A stretch of 64,000 nucleotides of DNA from the NCBI RefSeq assembly GCF_009914755.1, contig NC_060926.1. One strand, 5' to 3'. Of this stretch, positions 14,229-25,995 are shown piece by piece. The position numbers and the translations under genes were made by a program. The stretch comes from the human T2T-CHM13v2.0 reference genome, Homo sapiens. The notes beneath the pieces are model-generated. The model saw nothing but the letters and a program-made list of their open reading frames with translations, did no database searches and had not been told where the DNA came from. How positions within the stretch are numbered: the first letter of the stretch is position 1; each line of letters starts with the position of its first letter.

Positions 14229-14619
14229 CTGCTTCCACCTCCTCCCCAGGATGAGAGCCTTGCAAGTTTCCTGCCACCTCCTCTGGATCTCCCTCTCATC
14301 AGTCCCCAACACCGGATCTGTCAGTAAGATCTGTCTCTTCTGCCTCCTCCACAGCTCTCCAGCCTGGGTCCTCTTGTTGTCCCAGTGGGCCATTTCAGGA
14401 CTTGGCTCCTCTTGTTCTCTGCCTTGTTGCTCTGTCAACAGTCCCCACGCCAGCTTCTACTGCCAATGCCCCCTCCTGCATTCCTCGGTCTCTGTGGCTG
14501 TCCCTTCTGACCTTCTCTATGGATCCCCTTTTCTCCCTCACCAACATTCTCTCCTTGACCCTCGCCTCTTCTCTCACCATGGCTGTCTTTTGATAATGTC
14601 ATATCTTTTTATGGCTGAA

Positions 14620-15000
14620 ATATATGAGCCACCAACTCCCAAATCAGGAGCCCTCTTCCATGATGAATATGGCTACAGGCACGATCCTGAGGCACCTCAA
14701 ATTTAGCAGGTCCCAAGTGGAACACGAAGTCTCTTCCCACAACCCTGACCCCTTCTTCAGGAAGCAGCTCAGGTAAAGACACCGCATCCACCCAGTCGCC
14801 CAAACCAGAAACCCAGAACCCAGTTTCCCAGTCTCTCCTTCACCCCCACATCTATCTTAGCCGGGCACTGGCTTTCAGTGCCCTGTAGAGAAGAATCTTG
14901 CCTTCACCCTCTCTTCCTTATACCCACCATCCATCACTGACCCAGTCCACGTCACATCCTCCCTCTCCAGGATGCCTGCCAGGCCTCTGCCCCAACTCAC
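14620..15000 (+). mobile_element. L2 remnant
   Basis: ggcacctcaaatttagcaggtccca and catccacccagtcgcccaaaccagaaacc match recalled L2 3'-region landmarks. Confidence 0.55.
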
Positions 15001-15221
15001 TTACCTATTCCCAGGCACTTAGGAGTCTTCTCCACACACAGACCATTCTGAGAACAGGGAGCCCAGTGGAGAACTGAGTAGGCTGACCCATCTGTGCTCC
15101 TGGTCTGCTGGGACCTAGAGACGAAGAGGACAGTGACCACAGAGCATATGAGTGAGGAGGGGAGCCCGAGCTCTGTGCAGGTGTAGGTGGGGCTTTACTC
15201 CACACTCATAGGTTCTGAAGC

Positions 15222-16208
15222 CAGGGCAGCAACTTCAAAAGTGATAGGTTAGGGGAGAAACTATAAAATGAAAACACACAGTCCCTTGTTCACAAAACAG
15301 GGAAAACTGCTCTTAACAGTGTTAAAAAACAAAACTTTTCCTTTTCCTCTGTTCTCTCTAATAATTTACCATTGTTATTTGCTACTTAAGGTCATCCTAA
15401 GTAAAGAAAATTTCAATTTTTATGTTTTAGCTGAATTTTACTGTTCATTTTATATTGTGCAATGTCAGTTTTAAATACAAATATAAAAGCATTAGATCCC
15501 CATGCAGAAACACAGAGATTACACGATTCCTATTTTGTAGCTCACATATGTATGTATATTTAATTTTTACCTGAACAGTGGAAGTGCTGTGCAAAACTAA
15601 ACCAAGGGTTTTGATTTCACTTCTCGATACTGGCCATGCTACTGCCTTCTTGACACTGCCTGCAGCTTACTGGTGAAAATGGAAGAACTGAAAGAAGGAA
15701 CTGTGGCTTTTCCCGTCTTCTTTCCGTCCATGCATTGTTTTCAGTGTAAGTGCTTGGCTAATAACACGAAAGTAGAATAAGTAAGAAAAAGTACAATAGG
15801 GTCCTTGGTTGTTGGTGTTATTCACAAGGCCACTGCCTTCTTTCTACATTTGAAGTGGACTCATGTGGAAGGTGTGGCTTTCCCACAGACTCAGTGGCAA
15901 ACACACACAGTGACCTGTTCCTGGCCTTGAGTCCTGCTGGTCTCCCGTGCATCCTAGGGTCACTGGAATTCTGTGCTCACTGTGTCACCAATGCCGCGTG
16001 TGAATGGAGAGGCAAGGAATGGCAGACGTGCATATCATGCAAATCTCCTGTGCTCCTGCCCCTGCTGTGCAGTGCTTCCAAAACACAAGTTCAAAGGCAA
16101 AGGTATCAAGATTCAGGGCAGACCTGGCCGAGCATTAAGCCCGGCACAGAGCCCTTCTTAAGTGCAAGGCCCCATGAGATTGCACGCCTGTGAAGCTGGC
16201 AGTACCCT
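15222..16208 (-). mobile_element. MER45B-like hAT-Tip100 DNA transposon
   Basis: About 1 kb bounded by caggg...ccct; internal aacagtggaagtgctgtgcaaaactaa, gatttcacttctcgatac, aaaacacaagttcaaag, ggaattctgtgctca match the reverse complement of recalled MER45B. Confidence 0.8.
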
Positions 16209-16384
16209 CGTCTTAACTGCAATTGACAGGAAATTCAAGGGTAGAGGAGCATGTTAAACAACACCACAAGGACACAGCAAATCCAGGGTTGGGGGCACTG
16301 CAGCCAATGACCCGGACACTGCAACCAGCCAGTGGGGCCACGGAAGGGAGGAAAGAGGCTGAAACAGGTTCCATCATCGGAAAT

Positions 16385-16750
16385 GCCAACTTGTTTGGCT
16401 CCTAATTCAAACAAACCAACTGTAAAAACACATTTCTGGATAATTAGGGAAACTTGGATATGAACTTGTATTTGATGCTATAGAGGTAAAGGAAGTCTTC
16501 TTAGTTTAGAGTGAAGGATAGTCATATGTGTCGTGGTTACGTGGGGAAAATGCCCGATCCGTGAAAGATGCAGACCAAGTCATCTGCAAGTCAAACAACA
16601 AGATGTTTGGGATTTGATGTATTTTAGAAAAAAACAGCAGGGGAATAGTTGGCACAAGATTGGCAAAATATTGAAAATGTTTGAATCTCAGAGGTTCATC
16701 ATTTTATTCTACTTTTTAAAAAGTTTTTTAAATGTTCTATAACAGAAAGA
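16385..16750 (+). mobile_element. Old L1M 3'UTR fragment
   Basis: cctaattcaaacaaaccaactgtaaaa, atgtttgggatttg, agattggcaaaatattga, ggttcatcattttattctactttt are typical L1MC/ME 3'UTR motifs. Confidence 0.65.
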
Positions 16751-17885
16751 AGGAAAATAACATATGTATGTGTGTATGTGTGTGTACTTATTATGTATTC
16801 CTTAAACAAATCTTTTCTTTTAGTTTATAAGGAATTATATTTTCAACACTGAATTAATTACCTTATTTTGCAATAAATTAGTAAGCAGTTAATGAAGACT
16901 GAACTATGATCCACACATGAGAGCTTTGGCATGGAAATCACTTTTTATCTCAACTTCGTATCCCTTCTTTTCATTTCTTCGAGCAATATGGAAAATTTCC
17001 CAGCATGTAGGACACACTATAATGTTCTTTCTTGAAGATGTAACTCTATACATTGCAGTAGCTAATTATTCAAGTTTTTATTTAGTAAAAATTCAAGAAA
17101 AATCCTATTTTTATTAGAAATTCTATCACTAAAATTATTTGTGATAAATTGATTCTTCCCATGACTCTTTAGGGAAAAAATACATTTTTAGATCATACTT
17201 TTTCTTGAAATGAAAAAAAAAAATTAACATGCACGTACCACACACATGTAAATTAGAGACAAGTTTAGACACAGGAGTAGATTGGATTTGCCTAAATATG
17301 GCCTCAGATTAATAAAACCAAACGGGGAAAAGCTGACTATTTTTGTTGTTGTTATTGACAAGTGTCTGTTATATTTTGAAAAGCATCCATACTTGATGAA
17401 GTGCTGGAGGGCCGAAGAGAGTCCCAGGCTTCCGGATTCCAGGCCGGCAGCTTCCCTCTGAATTCAGTTCCTCTCCTGGGCCCTCCTCCTCCTCCTCTTC
17501 TTCTTACCTAACTGCCTGTCCCCAGGCCTAAAGCCACCAAACCCTGCTGTTGGGAGGCCCTGAAGACTGATGGCCGCCCTGGAGGTCACTCAGCCCCCAG
17601 AGACTGCAGCACCCAGGCCAGTAGTGGGAGTGAGCCAGGTTCACCCCTCCCTCTGCCATCCCAGCCTCAGCTCCAGAAGCACGTGCATCCCCTGGGGCAC
17701 ACAGCCCCTTCCTGCATCCCTTCAGTTCCTTCCCTTCTGGGATCCCTCTTCCTTTCATCAGCAGGACACTGGGAGAAGGAACCATCCCTACCAAGAAAAC
17801 TGGAATGGCTTTGGTGTCTGGCTAAGCTGGAATATAGAGCCAGGCTGCCTGCTCTGTGAGAAAACGGAACTGCAGGAACCAACCG

Positions 17886-17964
17886 GGGCCCAGCTCACAG
17901 ATGGAGCAAGGACTGTTCAGAACCACCCAGGGCCCAGCTCACAAATGGAGTCAGGACTGTTCAG
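17886..17964. repeat. 2-copy direct repeat, period 44 bp
   Basis: gggcccagctcacagatggagcaaggactgttcag (17886) and gggcccagctcacaaatggagtcaggactgttcag (17930). Confidence 0.9.
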
Positions 17965-18689
17965 GGTTACGCAGTCATGGGCATTTCTCCTCCACTTCCC
18001 AATACTCTGCAATAAAATCACGATGTTTATACCAAGGAGGTTATAAAATGAGAGAACGTGTTCCTCTGAAGTCTACAGTGGCATTTCCTACAGCACCTAG
18101 AAAGCCAGGTCCCTTACAGCACTCAGGAGGTGCTCAGCCTGCGCCCGGGGCTGTTTGGAGGAGGCGCTGCCCCTGCCTGCCAGCCTCCAGAGTCAGGAAG
18201 GTGGCCCCGAGGGAGCTGCCTACACACACTCTGCTCTTTTTGTCAGCCCCCGGCCCACAAGTGAATTCCCAGGACTGGGAGCTGATGCCGTATTTACGAG
18301 CTTTGCTCCTGGTGAGGTTGAACCCTGGGGCTTCCAACCCCAAAAGAGATCAGACCCGAAGAGGGCACCAGCAGGGGCAGGCAAGGAACGCCTCTCCAGG
18401 AACGCCTCTCCTTCCTCTCCTTCCCTCTCTTGCACTGGTGAGCATGTGGACATGTCCTGTGATTGCAGGTTCCTGCTACTTAGTGCCACTGCATCACAGG
18501 CAAGATGAGAAGAGCAAGATGCAGGTGTCAACTCTGCATCATCTTGGAAACCACATTCACGAGTGCACAACGAAGTCCTACACAGATGGGGCAAGGACCA
18601 CAGAAGAATAACTGTCATCATACGAAAGCACAGCAAGCATTTTTCTGAGCTTACAGCATGCCAGGCCTGTCTCCTTCTCTCCACATGTA

Positions 18690-18795
18690 AAGGGGTGTGA
18701 AGGAGGGGTGTGATGGAAGGATGGGATGGAGGGGTGTGATGGAGGGATGTGAAGGAGGGGTGTGATGGAGAGGTGTGATGGAGGGGTGTGATGGT
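18690..18795. repeat. G-rich short tandem repeat, ~13-bp unit ggaggggtgtgat
   Basis: About 8 imperfect copies visible directly. Confidence 0.9.
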
Positions 18796-19028
18796 CCCTT
18801 CCACAATTGCCAGGATGAAACAGAAAACTGCGCCACTAGAGCTTCCAGGCCAGGTACCTGGAAAATGGTTGATAGTTATTTTTATTCTAGGCAAAACAAG
18901 TCTCCAACTCAACAAAGTGAGTTAGTAAGGCAGGTGGACATCAGAGCCAAAGCAATGAGCCACTGGGCCACCCTGCACATCCCTGAGGGTAGAGAAGCTC
19001 CTGGGCCTCAATGCAACACTTAAGGGAG

Positions 19029-19597
19029 TGAGAGGCTGAATGGACAATGTCCAGCCCAGATGTAAAAACAGAATTCCACGACCTGCAGCATCCAGCACAC
19101 AAAACCCATCATCATCCACAGTCACCAGCCCAGAAAGCCCACCCATCATCCACAGTCACCAGCCGGGAAGCCCACCAATCATCCACAGTCAGTAGGCCAG
19201 GAAGCCCACCCATCTTAAAGTCACTAGCCTGGGAAGTTATCTTCCCATTATCTGGGTGGGCATCATCTAATCAGCTCCCAGAGAGGCTAGAATAAAGCAA
19301 GCAGAAGAAAGTGGAATGAGCAGACTTGCTGAGTCTTCCAGCCTTCATCTTTCTCCCGTGGTGGATGCTTCCTGCCCCTGAACATCAGACTCCAAGTTCT
19401 TCAGCTTTTGGACTCTTGGACTTACATCAGTGGTTTGCCAGGGGGTCTCGGGCCTTCAGCCACAGACTGAAGGCTGTACTGTTGGCTTCCCTACTTTTGA
19501 GGTTTTGGGACTTGGACTTGCTTCTCAGCTTGCAGACAGACTATTGTGGGACTTCACCTTGTGATCGTGTGAGTCAATACTCCTTAATGAACTCCCC

Positions 19598-19643
<46 letters not shown>

Positions 19644-19858
19644 CCTATTAGTTCTGTCCCTCTGGAGAACCTTGACTAATACAGGCCTCTAGCCAGGGCA
19701 CACCTGAGCCTCCCCGTTTTCCTACCATGAAGCTTCCCCACTCCTCTGCTTATCTTTGTCTCTGCCAAATGCAGGTGATAATGGCTGCCTCCCCTGCTAT
19801 AGCAAGCTCTGAGTAGGTAACCTGTGCTTTTTTCATTGGGTGGTCTTTTCTTCCATAG
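19029..19858 (+). mobile_element. MER67-like ERV1 LTR, in two pieces (19029-~19235 and 19684-19858)
   Basis: Start tgagaggctgaatggacaatgtccag...aaaaacagaa; internal cagtcaccagcccagaaagcc repeats; end ctgctatagcaagctctgag...gggtggtctt match recalled MER67 ends. Confidence 0.7.
19240..19683 (+). mobile_element. MLT2A-like ERVL LTR lacking its 5' part, with internal (TA)n
   Basis: tctgggtgggcatcatctaatcagct...gagtcttccagccttcatctttctcccgtg...tcctattagttctgtccctctggagaaccttgactaataca; (TA)n at ~19601-19640. Confidence 0.9.
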
Positions 19859-19964
19859 GAAAAAAAAAACCCATGTGTGTGGGCTAGGGGTGGGGAAGTC
19901 ACCCACATAGCCCAGCAAAGCTGAGTGACACTGATGGGTGGGTGTAGAACCTTGTCAGATCCCC

Positions 19965-21894
19965 TGGCATTGCCGATATGGAGAAGTGGTCTGGCTAGAA
20001 GATCAAACCAGCCACCACATTCCCTGAAGCCAAAGCCTAATCCAGAGCAAGGCCCTCACTCTCTTCAATTCTGTGACGGTAAAGCTAGAGAAGGAAATTG
20101 CAGAAGCAAAGCCTGGAGCCAGCAGAGGTTGACTCAGGAGGCTGAAGGAAAGAAGCCATCTTCATCACATAAAGGTGCAAGGTGAAGTAGCAAGTGCTGA
20201 TGGAGACGCTGCAGCAAGTTATACAGAAGATCTAGCTGAGATCATGGATGTAGGTGGTTACACTAAACAACAGACTTTCAATGTAGAAGAAACAGCTTTC
20301 TGTTGGAAAAAGACGCCATCTAGGACTTTCATAGCTAGAGAGAAGTCAATGCAGGGCTTCAAAGGACAAGCTGACTCTCTGGTTAGGGGCATTACGCTGT
20401 GCCTTCAAACTGAAGCCAACACTCTTTTCCATTCTGAAAAATCCTAGGACCCTTAAAAATTATGCTACATTGACTCCGCCATGCTCTACAAATGAAACAA
20501 CAATGGCTGGGTGGCAGTGGCTCGCATCTGTAATCCCAGCACTTTGGGAGGCAGAAGGATCGCTTAAGCCCAGGAGTTTGAGGCTGCAGTGAGCTATGAT
20601 CACGCCACTGCCTGGGTGACAGAGTGAGACCTTGTCCCCAAAATAATACTAGTAATAAATGGAATAAGAAAGCCTGGATGACAGCACATCTCTTTATAGC
20701 ATGATTCACGAAGTATTTTAAGCCCACTGTTGTGACCTACTGCTCAGAAAAAAAAGATTCCCCTGAAAATGCTACCGCTCACCGACAATGCACCTGCCCC
20801 CCAAGAGCTCTGATGGAGAGGCATAAGGAGGTTCATGTTGTTTTCACAGCTGCTAATACAACATCCATTCTTCAGCCCATGAACCGAGGGGTGATCTGAC
20901 TTTCAAGTTTCATTATTGAAGAAACACATTTTGTAAGGCTATAGCTGACATAGATAGTGGTTCCTCTGATGGATCTGGGCAAAGTCAATTGAAAACCTTC
21001 TGGAAAGGCTTCGTCATTCTAGATGCCAGTAAGAACATTTTTGATTCATGGGAGGAAGTCAAAATGTCAACATTAACAAGAGTTTAAAAGAAGTTGATTC
21101 CAACCCTCATAGGTGACTTAAGGGGTTCAAGACTTCAGTGGAGGAAGCAACTGCAGATGTAGTGGAAATGACAAGGGAGCTAGAATCAGAAGTGGAGCCT
21201 GAAGATGGGATGGAACTGCTGCAATCTCAGGAGAAAATTTGAGTGAATGAGGAATTGCTTCTTGTGGATGAGCGGAGAAAGTGGTTTCATGAAATGGAAT
21301 CTACTCCTGGTGAAGATGTCGTGACCGTTGTTGAAATGACAACAAAGGATTCTGAATATTACATAAACTTCGTTAATAAAGCAGTGGCAGGGAGATTTAC
21401 TCTCAATTTTAAAATTTAAAATTTTAATTTTAAAAGAAGTTCTACTATGGATAAAATGCTATCAAATAGAATCTCAAGCAACAGAAATCTTTCATGAAAG
21501 AAAGTGTCAACAGATGCAGCAAACTTCATTGTTGTCTTATTTTAAGAAGTTGCCACGGCCACCCCAATCTTCAGCAGCCACTACCCTATGCAGTCAGCAG
21601 CCACCAACTCCAGACAAAACCCTCCAGCAGTCCAGCAGTGAAATGATTACAACTTGCGGAAGGCTCTGATGATTGTTGGCATTTTTTAGCAATGAAGTAT
21701 TTTTAAGGTGAGGTATGCACATTGTTTTTGTGAGACATAATACTATTTGCACACTGAATAGACTATAGTACAGTATAAATATAGCTTTTATATGCCCTGG
21801 AAAACCAAAACATCTGTGCAACTTACTTTTTTGCAATATTCACTTTGTTGCAGTGGTCTGGAACTGAACCCGCAATACCCCAAAGGTATGTCTG
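19965..21894 (+). mobile_element. Tigger1 DNA transposon, 5'-truncated, degenerate transposase
   Basis: ORF 20175-20447 ([57 protein letters not shown]) is pogo/Tigger1 transposase; right TIR cgcaataccccaaaggtatgtctg followed by TA. Confidence 0.93.
20505..20655 (+). mobile_element. Alu monomer (FLAM/FAM-like) inserted in Tigger1
   Basis: Single arm ggctgggtggcagtggctc...gagtttgaggctgcagtgagctatgatc...; degenerate TSD aaatgaaacaacaa / aaatggaataagaa. Confidence 0.8.
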
Positions 21895-23541
21895 TACACA
21901 CTTGTACACTCTGTGTCCACAGGACTGGGCTTGTGCTCTAAAATACATTTCTCATCCTGAGTGGGAACGGCCTCGTTCTGTGCATGCCTGGTGTGCGCTG
22001 TTTGTGGGACCTTAGGCAAAGGTAATTTGGTGACACCGTTTAGTGGCAGGGTGGTTCCTGAGGCAAACAAAGCACCCAGACCTGCAGTCCAGACCCAAAG
22101 CGGCCCTGAGAGCCACTCTTTGGAAACAGCCAGGATTCCTGCGGAAGGGGGCTGGGCTCCTGCTCCCCCGAATGCAGATTTGACTTGATTTTAATTAAAA
22201 CGAAGAGACAGCAGGAGCCCAGCCAATATTTGGGCTGCAGTTGGCCATTGCACTCAATCTATACAACACCCTTTCAGGTCAGACACGTGCCTGTTTCACA
22301 GACGTGGAAAGGCAGGCCCGGAACTCACATGGGCAATGAGTGGCTGTGGTGGAAATCCAGAGCACGTTCTTGTCTGACCCAGCTCACCTCACCTCTGCTT
22401 GGTGAGGTCACCCTGAGGCTCTGAGGCTTCCCAGGGTCACAGCTGGACATGACACAGGGCAGCTGGTGAGACGTGCGCTCCTTCCCCACTGAGGAACATT
22501 TCTCTAGAAAACCAGACTTCTCATGAGTGCTTTGGACCCTAAAACACCTTTCAGGAATGTGGCCACAGAACGTCAGCACGGGGGGCTTGTATATTACGTT
22601 GAGCTCAGGGCGAGGAGGCTCCTTCTGCATTTTACCTGGAGGTGACCAGGAAGGGCCTTGGCCACCTCAGCCCAGCCAACCTGCAGTCGCGTTGGACAGA
22701 ATGATCCCACAGTCCCTGCCCTCCCTGGGCTGCTCTGCATGTCCCAGGACAGGGCAGCTCCTGATGCTTCTGGAGTGAGGCTCTGGGTGAAAGTCTGTTT
22801 TTCTATAAGGCCAGACATAAGGCGTGAGCATGCCTGACAAATAAGGCTGGACGCTGCCCTGTTGAAAAGGGGAAAGGAGATCATCTGGAAGCATTTTATA
22901 AGGAAAAGAATGTCAATTATACCTATTATATGTATATTCAGAAAATCTTTGCAGTTTGGAAAATGTGTCCCGGCTCTGCCATTTCTTCCCATTTCCTGCA
23001 ATTTCCTTCCCCATTGTCAAGATATTCTAAAAGCCAGTTTCTTCCCTTCTCACAGATGGGTCCTTTTTGTTGGCAGCTGCCGGTTTCTAACCGGGCCCTG
23101 CTGGAACAGAATCACTTTGGGCTGAGAGTGGGGTAGAGAAGGTCCCACAGCTCTTCCATGCAGGGGAGAACTTTGTGTCATTGAGATCAGGTGGGGCAGG
23201 GGCCGCCTGGCCTCAGGGCTGCAGAGAACCAGGGGCAGGCAATGGTAACAGTGGGGCAGCACAGAGTCCAGACGCCCTGGATGATGCAGGCGTCTGCCCA
23301 TCCCAGGGAGCCCAGGCTGTCCTGAGCGCATGGGGTCACTCCAGGAACACAGAACTACAGGAGGCCAGGCAAAGGGGGCAAAAGGAGGAGGGGTGGGGGC
23401 CTATCTCAGAGAAATTCAGGCTTTAGAGAAAGTGGTGGTACACCCCAGAGATGGCCAGAACCTTCCAGTGTGCCCCGGGGGACACTGGCCCTGAAACTTC
23501 GCCCCGTACCCAACCCTAAAGGTGCCTCTTCCTTTCTTCTT

Positions 23542-23874
23542 CTTCTTTTTTCTTTTTAGTTATTTATTATTTATTTATTCGTTATACATATTTTTTAGAC
23601 GTAGTCTCTCTCTGTCACCCAGGTTGGAGTATAGTGGTGTGATTCTGGCTCACTGCAACCTCCGCCTCCTGGGTTCAAGCGATTATCCTGCCTCAGCCTC
23701 CTGAGTAGCTGGGATTACAGGCACACGCCATGTCCAGCTAATATTTGTATTTTTAGTAGAGTTGGGGTTTCGCCATGTTGGCCAGGCTGGTCTCGAACTC
23801 CTGACCTCAAGCGATCTGCCTGTGTCAGCCTCCCAAAGTGCTGGGATTACAGCTGTCAGCCACCATGCCCAGCC
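23542..23874 (-). mobile_element. AluS-like SINE
   Basis: Degenerate T-rich tail, full dimer; TSD-like cttcctttcttctt / cctgctttcttctt. Confidence 0.92.
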
Positions 23875-23973
23875 CCTGCTTTCTTCTTGTTGAGAAGGCG
23901 CCCTAGAGACTGCAGGCCCTGCCCTAGGCACGGTGCCCTCAGACCTGAGAGCCAGGGCCCCACCCCAGCCTGG

Positions 23974-24398
23974 TGCATCAGTGTCCTGGGGCCACCATAA
24001 CACCTGGCCACACATCAGGCGGGGTGCTTACAACAGCAGACACACTATCTTAGCTCTGAGGCTGAAGTCTGAAGTCAGGGTGTCCACACAGCTGTCTTCT
24101 CCTGGAGACTTCTAGGGGAGGGTCCCTCCTGCCTCGTCCAGTGTCTGGTGACTCCAGGCTTCCTTGGCTTGTGGTGGAATGGCTCCGATCCCGCCTCTGC
24201 ATTCACACCGGCGTCTCACTGTGTCTGTGCCTTCTGCTCTTCCGCCTCTTATATAGACACCTGTCATTGGGAAGCCCTAATCCAGGAGGGTCTCATCTCA
24301 AAACCTTTAACTGAGCTACAAAGACCCTTTTTCCAAATAAGTTCCCATTCACAAGCTCCAGAGGTTAGGGTATCTTTGGAAACTGCTGTTCTACCCTC
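23974..24398 (-). mobile_element. MLT1B/C-like MaLR LTR
   Basis: gaagtctgaagtcagggtgtc...cttcctggagacttctagggga...ccttggcttgtgg...caaagaccctttttccaaataag. Confidence 0.8.
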
Positions 24399-25072
24399 TC
24401 TGCTGGGTATAAACTCACTGGATCCTTCCCAGCCCAGGGGGTTGAACGCAATGTGTGCCCGGGCCTGTTGGGGTCCTGTGTACCCCATGCAGTGTGAAGA
24501 CCCCCTCTAACTGCACAGTATGGGAAGGGGGCTTCCTTGGCCACCACATGGAAGGACAACCCTTTGAGTCTCACAGAGGACAGAGGAGGGGCAGTGCTTC
24601 CAGTGGGTGTTCTTGGTCCTCCCGGCTCAAAGGGCGTCTAGGTTCCAGGGATTTCCAGGCGCCACATGTGCTCCTGGGCTCCTCAGCAGCCTCGAAGATT
24701 TGCACCGGGACTCTCGGCTACCGAGGTGGAGCAGGGCATGCGTATGTGTGTGTGGTGGGGGGATATGTGCGTCTACACGCATGTGAGGCCAACAGCACCT
24801 GCTGTCAGTTCTGCACTGAGCAATGCTGATTGACAAGTTCTTCACGGGATGCTGCCGCGTCTGGGGGTTTTCGCAGCAAAGCCTGAGGTCAGTCGGATTT
24901 CCTTGCTCTTCCCCTTGGTTTTGCGTGGTCCCATCTGTTAACAGACCTGGATCCTGGACACAAGCCCCATCAGAGGGAGAGCTTCCGAGGAGAGGTAGGC
25001 CCAGGACAGAGGACAGAAGGCATTTGCAGATCTGCCAAGGGATGAGGCTAATTATCTCTGAAGAAGAAGAAG

Positions 25073-25195
25073 CGGGGAGAGGAGGGGAGGGGAGGGGAAG
25101 GGAGGGGAGCAGACTGGGAGGGGAGGGGAGGGGAGGGGAGGGGAGCAGCCTGGGAGGGGACAGGAGGGGAGGAAGCAGTCCAGGTGGGAGAGGAG
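25073..25195 (+). repeat. GA-rich low-complexity tract with many G3-G5 runs
   Basis: ggggagaggaggggaggggaggggaagggagggg...; nearly pure purine. Confidence 0.9.
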
Positions 25196-25995
25196 GTCTC
25201 CTGCCAAGTGGAGGCCGGCCTCCCCTATGCTGCAAAAAGAGATCGCAGCCCCCGTCCTGTCCCATGCGCGGGAGGCCTGGCCTCCTGTGGTGGGATCAGA
25301 ATTCCCCTAAGGAATTCCTGGAGCCCTGAGGGGTGATACCTCCAAGGTGCTCAGGGGACCTTGAAGCAGCCCTGGCCACAGATGTGTGCTGAGCTCATGA
25401 CCTTCGGGGGCTCTGGGCGGGCCCTGCTCTGTGCCTAGATATTTCACACTCCAGCACACCTTTTAACAAGAACCCCCGGCCCTCCAGGTGGTTGGAAATA
25501 TTACCCGGAAGGAAGTCAGTATATAATTAAAAGTCATTTAATCATCTACTGTTCAAGTTCTTAGCAAAACTGCGGCTTCAGTTGTGCCTTGCTGACTGTC
25601 TAGGCACTGACCACGCCCTGTTGATAGACGCCAAGGCCATTTTCTGGGATACTCAGGGCACCTTCACCTCAGCACCCCAGCTGACCCTTGAAATCAGAGC
25701 AACAAGGGCTCCTGAAGCACCCCAGGCCTTGAGAACACCAGACGGGGGCCCCCATGCCAATTCATGGAGTCCCCGCACTTATAGTGCCTCCCATTGCTAA
25801 GGCAGGCAGGACAACATGAAGAGGACCTGTTGCTAAAACACAGAGGACAGCCCAAGATTTAAAGAAAATGGCAGTGCACCCCCTGGATGGCAAGAGCCAA
25901 CCAGCGTGCCCCCGGGAATGCTGGTCCAGACGCCTTGCCCTGCACCCAACCCTAAAGGGGCCTCCTCCTTTCTTCTTGATGAAAAGGTGTGCTGC

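Noticed and set aside
13614-14327. 237-aa Ser/Pro-rich ORF (mucin-like appearance)
   Set aside because: Translation of the 43-bp VNTR; the unit is not a multiple of 3, and there is no signal peptide or exon context.
17290-17302. Canonical SRF CArG box
   Set aside because: cctaaatatgg has seven A/T bases between CC and GG rather than six.
19965-21500. Domesticated TIGD1-like transposase gene
   Set aside because: Multiple stops and frameshifts, 5' truncation and an Alu monomer insertion; an ordinary Tigger1 fossil.
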